DNA of 64,000 nucleotides from Candidatus Anstonellales archaeon (GTDB lineage Archaea > Micrarchaeota > Micrarchaeia > Anstonellales > J096). The position numbers and the translations under genes are program-made. How positions within the stretch are numbered: the stretch's first letter is position 1; every line of letters starts with the position of its first letter. Positions 19,640-28,853 of the stretch are shown piece after piece. The DNA lies in assembly GCA_038896535.1 (NCBI GenBank), contig JAWACY010000002.1, positions 128,001-192,000 of the forward strand, written 5' to 3'. The notes under the pieces were generated by a model. It saw only the letters and a program-made list of their open reading frames with translations, was not told the origin of the DNA and ran no database searches.

Positions 19640-20059
19640 TCACTTTGCTGCTACAAACTTGCTTCCTCTTGTTGCCCCTATTCCAGGGCTTGAATGGCTC
19701 TCGAATTTCACAGTATATGAATATTCTCCCAATCTATGGCCAAGCTTATCTATTGTTATATCAACTGGCTTCCATTCTTTGCCATTATAAACAAGGAATC
19801 TCAGCCCAAGCCATTCTGGAATAATAACAGCTTCTCTGCAATGCGTCTTTATAGGTTTTTTTTGCAAATCTTCTTTTTTTGCAAGTTTTTTCCTAACTTT
19901 TTTAACTAAGTTTGCATACTCAATATTTCTTCCATCAAGCATTGACATTATTGCCCTTCTGCTTCTTGCTTTTACAAGTTTTGCAAATTCTTCAATAGGC
20001 ATTGCCTTTAATTCTTGCTCATTTTTTCCTCTATAAACATCCTTTGCTATTTCTACCAT
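19640..20059 (-). CDS. rps19: 30S ribosomal protein uS19
   Basis: KTHCR, VYNGK, GHRLGEYS, PGIGATRGSKF. Confidence 0.96.
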   Translation of the reverse strand: MVEIAKDVYRGKNEQELKAMPIEEFAKLVKARSRRAIMSMLDGRNIEYANLVKKVRKKLAKKEDLQKKPIKTHCREAVIIPEWLGLRFLVYNGKEWKPVDITIDKLGHRLGEYSYTVKFESHSSPGIGATRGSKFVAAK

Positions 20060-20071
20060 TTTGCCACCTCG

Positions 20072-20839
20072 TCATTGATTTTGCTGCTTTGATGCGGCTG
20101 TCTTTCTAGATTTTCTGCCGGTCATTTTTGCTCTAAGATGGCCAACTTTTTGTCCAGGAACTGCATGCTTTCCAACAGTTGTAGGCTTACCGCCATGATG
20201 CTCTTTTCCTCCAAATGGATGGTCATAAGCAGACATTTTAACGCCCCTTACCCTTGGCCATATTGCATTTGCTGCTTTTCTATATTTATAAAATGCATTT
20301 CCTGCTTTTAATAATGGCTTCTCTTTTATTCCCCCGCCAGCAGCAACGCCAACCTGGGCAAGGCATTCTGGATTAAGATTAATGATTTTGTTGCTCGGCA
20401 GTTTTATTTGCACATAATCCGCGCTTTTCATCAATATCTGTGCAAAACTGCCTGCTGCTTTTGCTATTTTCCCACCATCGCCTGGTTGCTTCTCTATATT
20501 ATAAATGTAAAATCCTTCTGGTATTGATTTCAAAGGCAAGACATTCCCAAGCTTTATGCTTGCTTGCTCTCCTATCTCTATATTGCTTCCTGATACAATG
20601 CCCTCTGATGCAATTAAATAACCTTCATTCCCATCATTAAACTTTACTTTTGCTAATATTGTATTTCTTTCTGGTGCATCTACAAAATCTTTTATAGTAC
20701 ATGTTAATAATGGCTTTTCTTTTCTGACTGCTTTTGGATAAAAATCATTATAGCTGACTTTAGCTTTAAACCTATGGCTCTTCGCCCTATATCTTGGCGT
20801 GCCTTTTCCTCTTACTTGCTGTTTTAATCTTTTTCCCAT
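20072..20839 (-). CDS. rpl2: 50S ribosomal protein uL2
   Basis: MGKRL..Q.RGKG, PGDGGK, WPRVRGV.M..YDHPFGG. Confidence 0.97.
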   Translation of the reverse strand: MGKRLKQQVRGKGTPRYRAKSHRFKAKVSYNDFYPKAVRKEKPLLTCTIKDFVDAPERNTILAKVKFNDGNEGYLIASEGIVSGSNIEIGEQASIKLGNVLPLKSIPEGFYIYNIEKQPGDGGKIAKAAGSFAQILMKSADYVQIKLPSNKIINLNPECLAQVGVAAGGGIKEKPLLKAGNAFYKYRKAANAIWPRVRGVKMSAYDHPFGGKEHHGGKPTTVGKHAVPGQKVGHLRAKMTGRKSRKTAASKQQNQ

Positions 20840-20843
20840 ACTA

Positions 20844-21095
20844 TCACGCTATATTTAATTGTGTGGCAAGCTCCTCAATATTAACTTCTGGAGCAAATTT
20901 AACATAAGCAATTTTTTTACCTTTCCTGACATGAGTATTAATTTTTTCTACTTTAACTTTAAAAATCCTTTCTATTTCTTTCTTTATTTCCTGTGCATTT
21001 GCATTTATATTCACAAAAAATGCGAGCTTCCTTTCTTTTAAAGAAAGTTTTATAATTTTTTCTGTTCTTACTGGGGCTATTATTATTCCTGCCAT
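20844..21095 (-). CDS. rpl23: 50S ribosomal protein uL23
   Basis: PVRTEK, IKKEIERIFKVKVEKINT..GKKIAYVK. Confidence 0.93.
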   Translation of the reverse strand: MAGIIIAPVRTEKIIKLSLKERKLAFFVNINANAQEIKKEIERIFKVKVEKINTHVRKGKKIAYVKFAPEVNIEELATQLNIA

Positions 21096-21853
21096 TTTCT
21101 CATCTCCTCTATTGCTTTTTCTGTATATATTGCAACCCTTCCTGCATGAGTGCCTGGAGCAAGATGCTTGACTTTAAGCTCATCAATATTTACAGCATCA
21201 ACGCCTTTAATATTTTCTATAGCTTTTGCAAACTTCAATTCATCTTTTGCACAAACCAGTAATGCTGATTTAGGATATTTTTTATTTCTCCCTCTTTTTT
21301 TAGCTGCTCTCTCAAGTTCTTTTGGCATTATTTTACTTAAAAATTCCACAAATGTTTTTGTCTTTATCGTTGCTTTGTCCAAATTATTAAATGATATAAT
21401 AATGGGCAAATCAACATCAACCTTATGGCCCCTTGTAATAACAATTTCCCTATTAGCTGTTGCTGCAATAGCACTTCTCAATGCAAGCATATATTCTTTT
21501 TTATTCATTTTTTCTTCTATTTTTTTCTCAGGTTTTGGCGGATGTGCTCTTCTTCCCTTAACAGAGCTAGGAATGATCCTTACCCTGCCTGGAATGCCAC
21601 CCCCATAAAATTCTCTTGGCCTCATTGCTTGCCCTCTATTCTTCAATGATTTATAAGCTTCTTTTCTTCCAACATAAGTTGCTGAAGTTTCCAGGCCAGC
21701 CCATCTATAAGCTCCTTTTGGCTGTCTTTCTTTGCTTTCCTCTGATATGACTGCTCTTGCAATAACCTCCTTTCTGTATGGAGTTGCAAAAATGCTTGGC
21801 AGATCAATTTCCTTGACAGCATTGCCTTCAATATCATAAACTTTTGCTTTCAT
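21083..21853 (-). CDS. rpl4: 50S ribosomal protein uL4
   Basis: KGRRAHPPK, ALRSAIAAT, LAPGTHAGR. Confidence 0.96.
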   Translation of the reverse strand: MKAKVYDIEGNAVKEIDLPSIFATPYRKEVIARAVISEESKERQPKGAYRWAGLETSATYVGRKEAYKSLKNRGQAMRPREFYGGGIPGRVRIIPSSVKGRRAHPPKPEKKIEEKMNKKEYMLALRSAIAATANREIVITRGHKVDVDLPIIISFNNLDKATIKTKTFVEFLSKIMPKELERAAKKRGRNKKYPKSALLVCAKDELKFAKAIENIKGVDAVNIDELKVKHLAPGTHAGRVAIYTEKAIEEMRKWQE

Positions 21854-21873
21854 ATTATCATCTCATTATCATT

Positions 21874-22821
21874 TCATATTGTAAAGCTTGCATCTTTTAT
21901 TTCCTTTAATGTTTGTTTTCTTATTGATAATCTAAATCTCAAAAGCCTCTTAACAGGGCCAGGCAAGCTACCTTTAATTATTATAGCATCATTTTTTAAA
22001 ACTCCATAATTTTGGAACCCGCCTTTTGGATTTATCTCTATTGCTTTTTCTTTTGGCAAAACTGCCATTACTAACTTATTTAACTCGACCCTTTTATGAT
22101 AACCAGTCTGCCCTGCATGAGGGACAGTATAAAATGTATAAGGCGGTTTAAACTGCCCCAATGTACCGACATGCCTTATTTTACCTGTTGCTTTTCTCCT
22201 CTGCTTGGCTATGCCAAATCTTCTAACTGGTCCTTGCCAACCTTTGCCTTTTGTTACTGCTGATACATCAACAAACATACCAGCTTTTAAAACATCTCCT
22301 GCTCTTATTTGCTTTCCTAAAAGGCTCAAGCCATAATCAACAGCTTCATTTAAATCATTTCCACCTATCCCTAGCTCAAGTTTCTCTATGTGCTTTTTCC
22401 CTATGCCAGTTAATGAAGGCATAGAAAAGCATAAAAGCCTTGCATTCTCATACTTGTCCTTTATTTCATTAATTTTGCTCGCTGTTGCTTTAACATTCTT
22501 TATATTCATTAATTTTAATACATCTTTATTATCTGTTAATATGTCCTTGCAGTATGAATCTTTTATTAATCTTACTCCATATGCATATAATGGAGGTGCT
22601 TCAACAACAGTTGCTCCTCCAGCATATTCTATAAGCCCTTTCTTACCTTCTGCCTGCTCTAGCCATGTTGCTGTAAGCATACCAGCTTTATATCCAGCAA
22701 AACCCAGAATAGCTTTTTCTTTAACTACTGGCCATGCATTAAATCCAGCATTCTCATTATCAGCTCTCTTTCTAGGCCTAAAAGCCATTGATCCTCTTCT
22801 TGGTTTTCTTATATCTGTCAT
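21874..22821 (-). CDS. rpl3: 50S ribosomal protein uL3
   Basis: PRRGSMAFRPRKRA, GFAGYKAGM, TKGKGWQGPVRRFG, GQTGYHKR. Confidence 0.97.
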   Translation of the reverse strand: MTDIRKPRRGSMAFRPRKRADNENAGFNAWPVVKEKAILGFAGYKAGMLTATWLEQAEGKKGLIEYAGGATVVEAPPLYAYGVRLIKDSYCKDILTDNKDVLKLMNIKNVKATASKINEIKDKYENARLLCFSMPSLTGIGKKHIEKLELGIGGNDLNEAVDYGLSLLGKQIRAGDVLKAGMFVDVSAVTKGKGWQGPVRRFGIAKQRRKATGKIRHVGTLGQFKPPYTFYTVPHAGQTGYHKRVELNKLVMAVLPKEKAIEINPKGGFQNYGVLKNDAIIIKGSLPGPVKRLLRFRLSIRKQTLKEIKDASFTI

Positions 22822-22825
22822 AAAA

Positions 22826-22857
22826 CCACCGGTTGCCCTCTTTTGTTGAGGGTCCGC
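22826..22857 (-). promoter_or_regulatory. GC-rich hairpin in 5' leader of uL3 operon abutting the SD
   Basis: GCGGA-CCCTC-AACAAAA-GAGGG-CAA-CCGGTGG-TTTT-ATG; CCCTC/GAGGG stem plus CGG/CCG outer stem. Confidence 0.55.
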
Positions 22858-22924
22858 TATTATATTAAAATCTAAATATAGTTTAAGATAATAAATTTGC
22901 CTATCATTTTTTAAATATATGCTC

Positions 22925-23240
22925 TTTTTTCTTGCTTTTTTCTTTTTTCATTCTTTTTATTCTTTTTTTATCCATTTTTTATATTTTTTTATCCATTTTT
23001 TATTGCTCTGATTATATCATCTTTATTATATTATCATGCTTATTATATCATGCTTATTGTTCTCGTTATTCATTCAGCTTTATTATTTCATTCAGCCTTA
23101 TTATTCATATCCTTATGCTCTCATCATCTTTCTATAATCCTGCTTCTAACATTCTCTCTACAACATTCTGCTCTCTAACATTATGCTCATATCATTCTCC
23201 TATTTTATCCTTTTTCTTTTTATATTATCTGTTTTTTGCC
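22925..23240. repeat. Low-complexity tract made of degenerate short tandem duplications
   Basis: e.g. TTTTTTATCCATTTTTTAT x2, TATCATGCTTATT x2, TTCATTCAGCYTTATTATT x2; strongly pyrimidine-biased + strand. Confidence 0.6.
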
Positions 23241-23244
23241 TTGT

Positions 23245-24093
23245 TCATTCTTCCTTTTCTTCCTTTTTGCTAATTTTCGGCATAAAATAAAATAAGTTTT
23301 CTGGCTTTCTGGAACGGAAGAATAAAGTGCTTCTCAGCATCCAGCCTATGAATCCTGACGGGTGCCTTTTGTCCTCAATATTAAAATGCTTAAACATATT
23401 TTTAAACATGTTGAGGTTTTTTTGATTGCTCTCATTTACCATATTCACAATGTTTTCTGTTACTATTATATTCCCTTTTTCTGCAAGCCTTTGTATCTTC
23501 ATGCTAACATTTATAGGCTTGCCTATTATATCATAATGTATTTTACTATAAGGTGAACCTATTTTAACAGCTATTGCATAACCAGAATCACAAGCTATGC
23601 CATAATCAACTTTTTGCATGCCTAAATCATGCATTACATCGCTTATTTCATGCATTGCTCTTGATATTGCATAAGAGCATAGAAGTGTTCTCTTTATACT
23701 ATCCTCTATTTTTTGGCAAGGAAAAAATGATATTACGCCATCTCCAAGAAATTTTAATACATGCCCCCCAGCTATCTCTGTTAAACTGCCGGTTATATTA
23801 GAAAAAATTGATATTATGGCCGCAATGTCTTTAGCATTTTTCTCGTAACTTAGCTGTGTGAATCCTCTCAAATCTGTGGCAAGGAATGCGCAATAAAAAG
23901 GCCTTGATTTATGCGCATTCCAATAATCATGTAAAAAATTTTGTGCAGGGTCATTTGGCGGGCTGTTTATTTCTTTTTTTATCTTTGCTATCTTTGCTAT
24001 CTGAATACCAACTTTTTCAGCTTTTTCTAATGTATCTACCTCTGTTTCTCTCTCTTTAAAAAACGGCTGGGCTTTTATATCCTCATTGGCCAT
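23245..24093 (-). CDS. Class III nucleotidyl (adenylate) cyclase
   Basis: ATDLRGFT, LKFLGDGV, YDIIGKPINVSMKIQ. Confidence 0.9.
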   Translation of the reverse strand: MANEDIKAQPFFKERETEVDTLEKAEKVGIQIAKIAKIKKEINSPPNDPAQNFLHDYWNAHKSRPFYCAFLATDLRGFTQLSYEKNAKDIAAIISIFSNITGSLTEIAGGHVLKFLGDGVISFFPCQKIEDSIKRTLLCSYAISRAMHEISDVMHDLGMQKVDYGIACDSGYAIAVKIGSPYSKIHYDIIGKPINVSMKIQRLAEKGNIIVTENIVNMVNESNQKNLNMFKNMFKHFNIEDKRHPSGFIGWMLRSTLFFRSRKPENLFYFMPKISKKEEKEE

Positions 24094-24573
24094 GCCAATA
24101 TTTATAGTTTAAGATTTAAAAATGTGATATTTTAACAGCAATAAATTTAATGACATAAAATTTAATGACATAATATTGGCAATATGACAATAATCTATAA
24201 TATTTTACTATAATGTTTGCAATAACATAATAACATTTTGCAATGATATTGTTGTTAACTTATTTGAATGATCCACAACTTCACAACAAATCAGAAGTTA
24301 AGGATGGGACTGACGAAGAATTAAAAGAAAACTTAAAGATTTAAGTATGTTCTTCTTTATACCTATGCTAAAAGATTTATGAATAAAAGGAAATGAGAAC
24401 GCTGCTTCTTAATTATTTCTTTAGTAACAGCGTGGCTGATATAGTTGATAAACAGAATATTTACATAAAAATCGTAAGAAAACACTCACTGATCATTCAC
24501 TGATTTTTCATAATAGTGGATATGTTTACATCAGGCAATGAAGGGTAAATGAAGAAAGAGTGATGCTATGATG

Positions 24574-25764
24574 CTAATTGAAACGTTTTAGAGCAAGCTC
24601 AAATGCTTCTGGGTTTTTGTATCTTTCTGTTATTTCTTCCCTCGCTTCCTTTTCTGTTTTTATTCCTAACTTAACAGCAACAATAAGCCAGTTTGCTGGT
24701 GTGTTTGGACTTGTTATCTCAATAATTCTATGTACTAATTCTCTAAGTTTATCCACCATAAAAAGGTTTACAAATAAGTGCGCTCTTGAGCCTAGAGACA
24801 TAAAATCGCAAGGGTCTGGTTCAACTGAATTAACAAAGGCCAGCAGGTCCAGAAGTTTTTTTCGGTCTTCAAAAAGAGAACAATAGAAGTGGATGAACTG
24901 GTTTATGGAGACAACTGTAATGCCTCTTTCTAAGTCATATGCATTATAATTGCCTAGGTTTTCAACTTCTAATGGGTAATCATAGGTCTCGCCATTCTTT
25001 TTATTATGCACGTGTACATGTTTAAAGTAATCAAGAGAAAGAGCGCTTTCTAGCAATCGTTCTTCTATTTCCCAAGATCTAAAAATTCCATGGAATGTAT
25101 CTACATCAATATAAACAAGTTCAGGATTATTTTTTAAGAACGCGGAGGTATAAGTTTTTTCTAAACCACTTGAAAGAACTGCTTTACTTGGTTCTAATAA
25201 ACATGGACTTGTTTCATCTATTATTATTTTCTCTCCTTTTCTTAATTGTTCAAGAGCCCAAATGACTTTATTGAATCTTCTGGTTGAACTTATTAACCTT
25301 ATTTCAAGATCAGAAAACGGGTCTTTTTCGTAGCTGTAAACCACAGGGATGGTTAAACTTCTACCGATACAATTTAAATCGCCTTTAATATTCTCTATTC
25401 CACTCAGACCAGAGAAAAAGTATGGGAAAGCTGGGAGACCTTCTGTAAACGGAGCAAAAACAAAATCTATTGAGGAAGTTATAGAGTTTATTGCAGCTAC
25501 AAAGTCTTCAGAATAATCCTCAACGAATAGAGCTTGCCTTACTGAAGTGCCAGAGAACTTGCCTAACTTTTGATAAAGGTCATTGAAAAAATCCATTCTC
25601 TTCGCATTCTCAACATAATTTTTTGGGCTATATTCTTCACAAATCATGAGTTTTGAGAAAGCCTTCTCAGGATTTTCTGGTAAAGAATTCTTCACCTTTT
25701 CTCTTAGAGTCTGAAGATACTTTAAACGCCTTTCTATTATAATGTCCGCAAACATATATATCAT
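24574..25764 (-). CDS. Hypothetical protein, possible xylose-isomerase/AP-endonuclease-2-like TIM barrel
   Basis: YIDVDTFH...KHVHVHN..YDYPLE resembles DxxH / HxHD metal motifs; weak. Confidence 0.5.
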   Translation of the reverse strand: MIYMFADIIIERRLKYLQTLREKVKNSLPENPEKAFSKLMICEEYSPKNYVENAKRMDFFNDLYQKLGKFSGTSVRQALFVEDYSEDFVAAINSITSSIDFVFAPFTEGLPAFPYFFSGLSGIENIKGDLNCIGRSLTIPVVYSYEKDPFSDLEIRLISSTRRFNKVIWALEQLRKGEKIIIDETSPCLLEPSKAVLSSGLEKTYTSAFLKNNPELVYIDVDTFHGIFRSWEIEERLLESALSLDYFKHVHVHNKKNGETYDYPLEVENLGNYNAYDLERGITVVSINQFIHFYCSLFEDRKKLLDLLAFVNSVEPDPCDFMSLGSRAHLFVNLFMVDKLRELVHRIIEITSPNTPANWLIVAVKLGIKTEKEAREEITERYKNPEAFELALKRFN

Positions 25765-26111
25765 TGTTTTAACTTTTCTCTTACTCTCTCAACAATATCT
25801 GATTTAACTTCGCCGCCAGACCTAGCCATAATAGCCGGAATAGCAGCTCTTGTCGCTGCCTCTCTGAATCTTAAGTCGCTTGCCTCCCTAAATATGTCAA
25901 TTATTTCCAAAGGACTTAAATTAAGACCTTTTTCCTTAAAGAAAGGTTCTAACAAATCGACGAGTTCTCTTGATTTCATAGTTAAAAGACTATCTGGCTC
26001 AATGTTTTTTGAAGATAAAAATTTTGTTAAGCCATTTACCAATTCATCTGCTTTTTCGCCAAACCTTCCTTTAAAAACTTCTTCAATACATTTTATTGCC
26101 ATATTTACCAC
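25761..26111 (-). CDS. Hypothetical protein, coupled (4-nt overlap) to downstream gene
   Basis: 116-aa ORF; ATGA overlap at 25761-25764. Confidence 0.6.
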   Translation of the reverse strand: MVNMAIKCIEEVFKGRFGEKADELVNGLTKFLSSKNIEPDSLLTMKSRELVDLLEPFFKEKGLNLSPLEIIDIFREASDLRFREAATRAAIPAIMARSGGEVKSDIVERVREKLKQ

Positions 26112-26171
26112 AATATAATTATATGGGGGTAAAGTTTTTAAATATTATCGTTTTTGGCTGTTTTCAGATAT

Positions 26172-26323
26172 TGCCGCGGGTGGGATTCGAACCCACGACC
26201 TCCAGATAGCCCAAAGCCAAATTATAAATTTATAAATTAAATTCAAACATCATTGCATAAGCTCAGCACTCATAGATATATGCTTCCATGAGTCTGGCGT
26301 TCTACCAACTAAACTACCGCGGC
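26172..26323 (-). tRNA. tRNA-Met(CAT), elongator type, 79-nt intron at 37/38 (26208-26286)
   Basis: Acceptor GCCGCGG/CCGCGGC-A, anticodon stem CCAGA/TCTGG, T-loop GTTCGAATC; BHB formed by CTCA/TGGG helix, two 3-nt bulges and AAGC/GCTT intron stem. Confidence 0.93.
26208..26286 (-). ncRNA. Candidate intron-encoded box C'/D' methylation guide
   Basis: Guide TCTATGAGT (26276-26268), G, CTGA (26266-26263), GC-TTAT-GC hairpin, ATGATGT (26253-26247). Confidence 0.6.
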
Positions 26324-26374
26324 ATTATTTTTTATTAATGCAAATGATTTAAATAATTTTACACAAATCTAATC

Positions 26375-26962
26375 ATGGTAGAAAAAACACACGAAGCAAT
26401 AAATATGCCTTGGGAAGATGAAAGGGCAAGAGTTTTTGTTAGCGACATAGGCATAATTTCTAGCAATGGTAAATATGGATATAACCTCATGTCTTGCGAA
26501 TGGACACATCAAATATCTTATAACCCAGCCAGAATTAGCATATCTGTAAATAAAGAAAGTGCGACACTTGAAAATATCATGGAGAGAAAATATTTTGGAG
26601 TAAATATACTAGAAGAAAAACAAGCATTGGTATCAAGCATATGTGGAAACATATCAGGAAAAGATGTTGATAAAATCTCTGTAATAAAAGCACTTGGCTA
26701 TGAATTTGAAAAGGCAAAATATATAGATGTATTATTATTAAGAGATGCTTTATTTAATGCTGAATGCAAAGTCATAAATATCTTAGATATTGGTGACCAT
26801 GTGCTTTTTATAGGAGATATTATTGAAGCAAAAAGAAGGAATGGGGCTCCATTAATATATCATGCTGCATCTTATTGGAAAATTGGCGAAAAATTGAGCA
26901 GGCCATCAAAGGAGGAGGTTGATAAAATTAATGCAATCATAGAGAAGTTCAAGAAAAATTAA
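26375..26962 (+). CDS. Flavin reductase-like FMN-binding protein
   Basis: NLMSCEW..ISYNP, FGVNIL, ECKV..GDHVLFIG. Confidence 0.9.
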   Translation: MVEKTHEAINMPWEDERARVFVSDIGIISSNGKYGYNLMSCEWTHQISYNPARISISVNKESATLENIMERKYFGVNILEEKQALVSSICGNISGKDVDKISVIKALGYEFEKAKYIDVLLLRDALFNAECKVINILDIGDHVLFIGDIIEAKRRNGAPLIYHAASYWKIGEKLSRPSKEEVDKINAIIEKFKKN

Positions 26963-26975
26963 AAATGGCGATAAA

Positions 26976-28757
26976 ATGGAAAATGAGAATAAAATAATTG
27001 GAAATAAAGTGAAGATAGGTATTGAAATACACCAAAGGCTTGATGTAGGGAAGCTTTTTTGCCAATGCAAATCAAAACAAGAAAGCAATCTGGATTTGAA
27101 TTTTATAGTTAGAGAATTAAGGCCAATAACATCAGAAACAGGGGAAATTGACATAGCAGCATTGATGCAAGCTGATAAAGGAAATGTATTTAGCTACTTT
27201 GGTAATAATGCTGCCTGTCTTGTTGAATATGATGAAGAGCCACCACATTTAGTAAATGAAATGGCATTGCTCTGTGCAATAAATGTTGCAATGCAGATGA
27301 ACATGAAACTGCCTGATGCAATAATTTTTATGAGAAAAATTATAATAGATGGCAGCAACACAACAGGTTTTCAAAGAACTGCTCTTATAGGCATTGATGG
27401 AGAAATAAATATGCAAACATACAGTATTGGAATACAAACTCTAAGCTTGGAAGAAGAGAGTGCCGGCATTATTAGCAATAATGTATACAGACTTGACAGG
27501 CTTGGAATTCCGCTACTTGAAATAAGCACAAGGCCAGATATAAAAGATGGAAAGCAGGCAAGAGAAGTTGCAGAAACAATAGGCTTAATGTTAAGAACAA
27601 TTCCTTATACAGCGAGAGGCATAGGCACAATAAGGCAGGATTTAAATGTGAGCATTGAGAATGGCGCAAGAGTCGAGCTAAAAGGGGCTCAAGAGCTATA
27701 TATGATAGATAAATGGATAAATCACGAGATAAAAAGACAAAGTGATTTATTAAAAGTCATTGAAGAACTAAAAAGAAGGGGCATTGATAATGAGAAAGTT
27801 AAAAAACAGGCATTGGTCGATATAACTGACTTATTTTTATCTCATGAGAAAGAACTTGCTGGTTTCATAAGAAATGCATTGGCAAACAATGAAAAAGTTT
27901 TTGCAATAAAATTAATGAAGCATAAAGGCATATTGGCAATGCAAGCAGGGAATAGAAGGTATGGCTCTGAGCTGGCTGATTATGCAAAAGCAGCTGGCAT
28001 TGGAGGCATAATACACAATGATGAAATGCTTGATAAATATGGCATAAATGAAGCATTGAAAAGAGAAATAAAAAAAGCTCTTAATATGAGTGAAGATGAT
28101 ATTTTTGTAATTATGGTTGGTAAAGAAGAAAAAATTAATAGAGCAAGTATATTTCTTAAAAATAGGGCTAGCATGCTCTTTATTCCTGAAGAAACAAGAA
28201 AAGTACAGGAAGATGGAAGCTCTATATTCATGAGACCTCTGCCTGGAAAAGCAAGAATGTATCCAGAAACTGATGTGCCATATATATTTTTAAATGATGA
28301 GCTGAAGTCAAAGGCCAAAAGTATTGCACAACCATTCCATGAAAAAATCAAAAAACTTGAAAAAATGCTTAATAAAGAGATGGCATATAAAATATTAAAA
28401 GGTAGACATCTGTATTTATTTGAGGATTTAAGTAAATCAATAGACCCTTTAATTGTTGCTATAACATTGGAAGATACAATAACAAAAATTAGAAGAGAAC
28501 ATGGTATAGAACCAAAGGAACATTCAATAAGAAGGGCTTTGGAACTTTATAAGAATGGGAAAATAACGAAAAAAGCAATAGAAACGGCAATAATAATGCT
28601 TGAAAAAGGAAAAGATGAAGATGAAATAATGAAAAGCATAGGAAAGATAAGTGGTAAAGATTTAAAGGCATTATTTGATAAGATAAAGGACAAAAAACAA
28701 ATAATAAAATCATACGGCATAAGGGTCGATTATGAAGAATTAGAAAGTATTTATTAG
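26976..28757 (+). CDS. gatE: Glutamyl-tRNA(Gln) amidotransferase subunit E
   Basis: GIEIHQRL..KLFC, DEEPPH, MRKIIIDGSNTTGFQRT, LDRLGIPLLEIST, GIGTIRQDLNVSI, RMYPETD. Confidence 0.97.
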   Translation: MENENKIIGNKVKIGIEIHQRLDVGKLFCQCKSKQESNLDLNFIVRELRPITSETGEIDIAALMQADKGNVFSYFGNNAACLVEYDEEPPHLVNEMALLCAINVAMQMNMKLPDAIIFMRKIIIDGSNTTGFQRTALIGIDGEINMQTYSIGIQTLSLEEESAGIISNNVYRLDRLGIPLLEISTRPDIKDGKQAREVAETIGLMLRTIPYTARGIGTIRQDLNVSIENGARVELKGAQELYMIDKWINHEIKRQSDLLKVIEELKRRGIDNEKVKKQALVDITDLFLSHEKELAGFIRNALANNEKVFAIKLMKHKGILAMQAGNRRYGSELADYAKAAGIGGIIHNDEMLDKYGINEALKREIKKALNMSEDDIFVIMVGKEEKINRASIFLKNRASMLFIPEETRKVQEDGSSIFMRPLPGKARMYPETDVPYIFLNDELKSKAKSIAQPFHEKIKKLEKMLNKEMAYKILKGRHLYLFEDLSKSIDPLIVAITLEDTITKIRREHGIEPKEHSIRRALELYKNGKITKKAIETAIIMLEKGKDEDEIMKSIGKISGKDLKALFDKIKDKKQIIKSYGIRVDYEELESIY

Positions 28758-28853
28758 AGTAAGATGCTTTACTCATCCTTTACTCCTAAGTCCATTTAAC
28801 TTATATATATTTAACTCACACCTATTTCATTTAACTTACACCTATTCTTACAC

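Noticed and set aside
22932..23273. 113-aa hydrophobic ORF on + strand as a cyclase effector
   Set aside because: Opposite strand to the cyclase, TTG start, and explained by the pyrimidine-rich micro-duplication tract
24268..24345. Fragment DGTDEELKENLK resembling HicB
   Set aside because: Too short and weak to support a pseudogene call
26172..26323. tRNA as initiator Met or Ile2(CAT)
   Set aside because: No A1:U72 pair or triple G:C anticodon stem; GCC-starting acceptor and 37/38 intron fit elongator Met better than Ile
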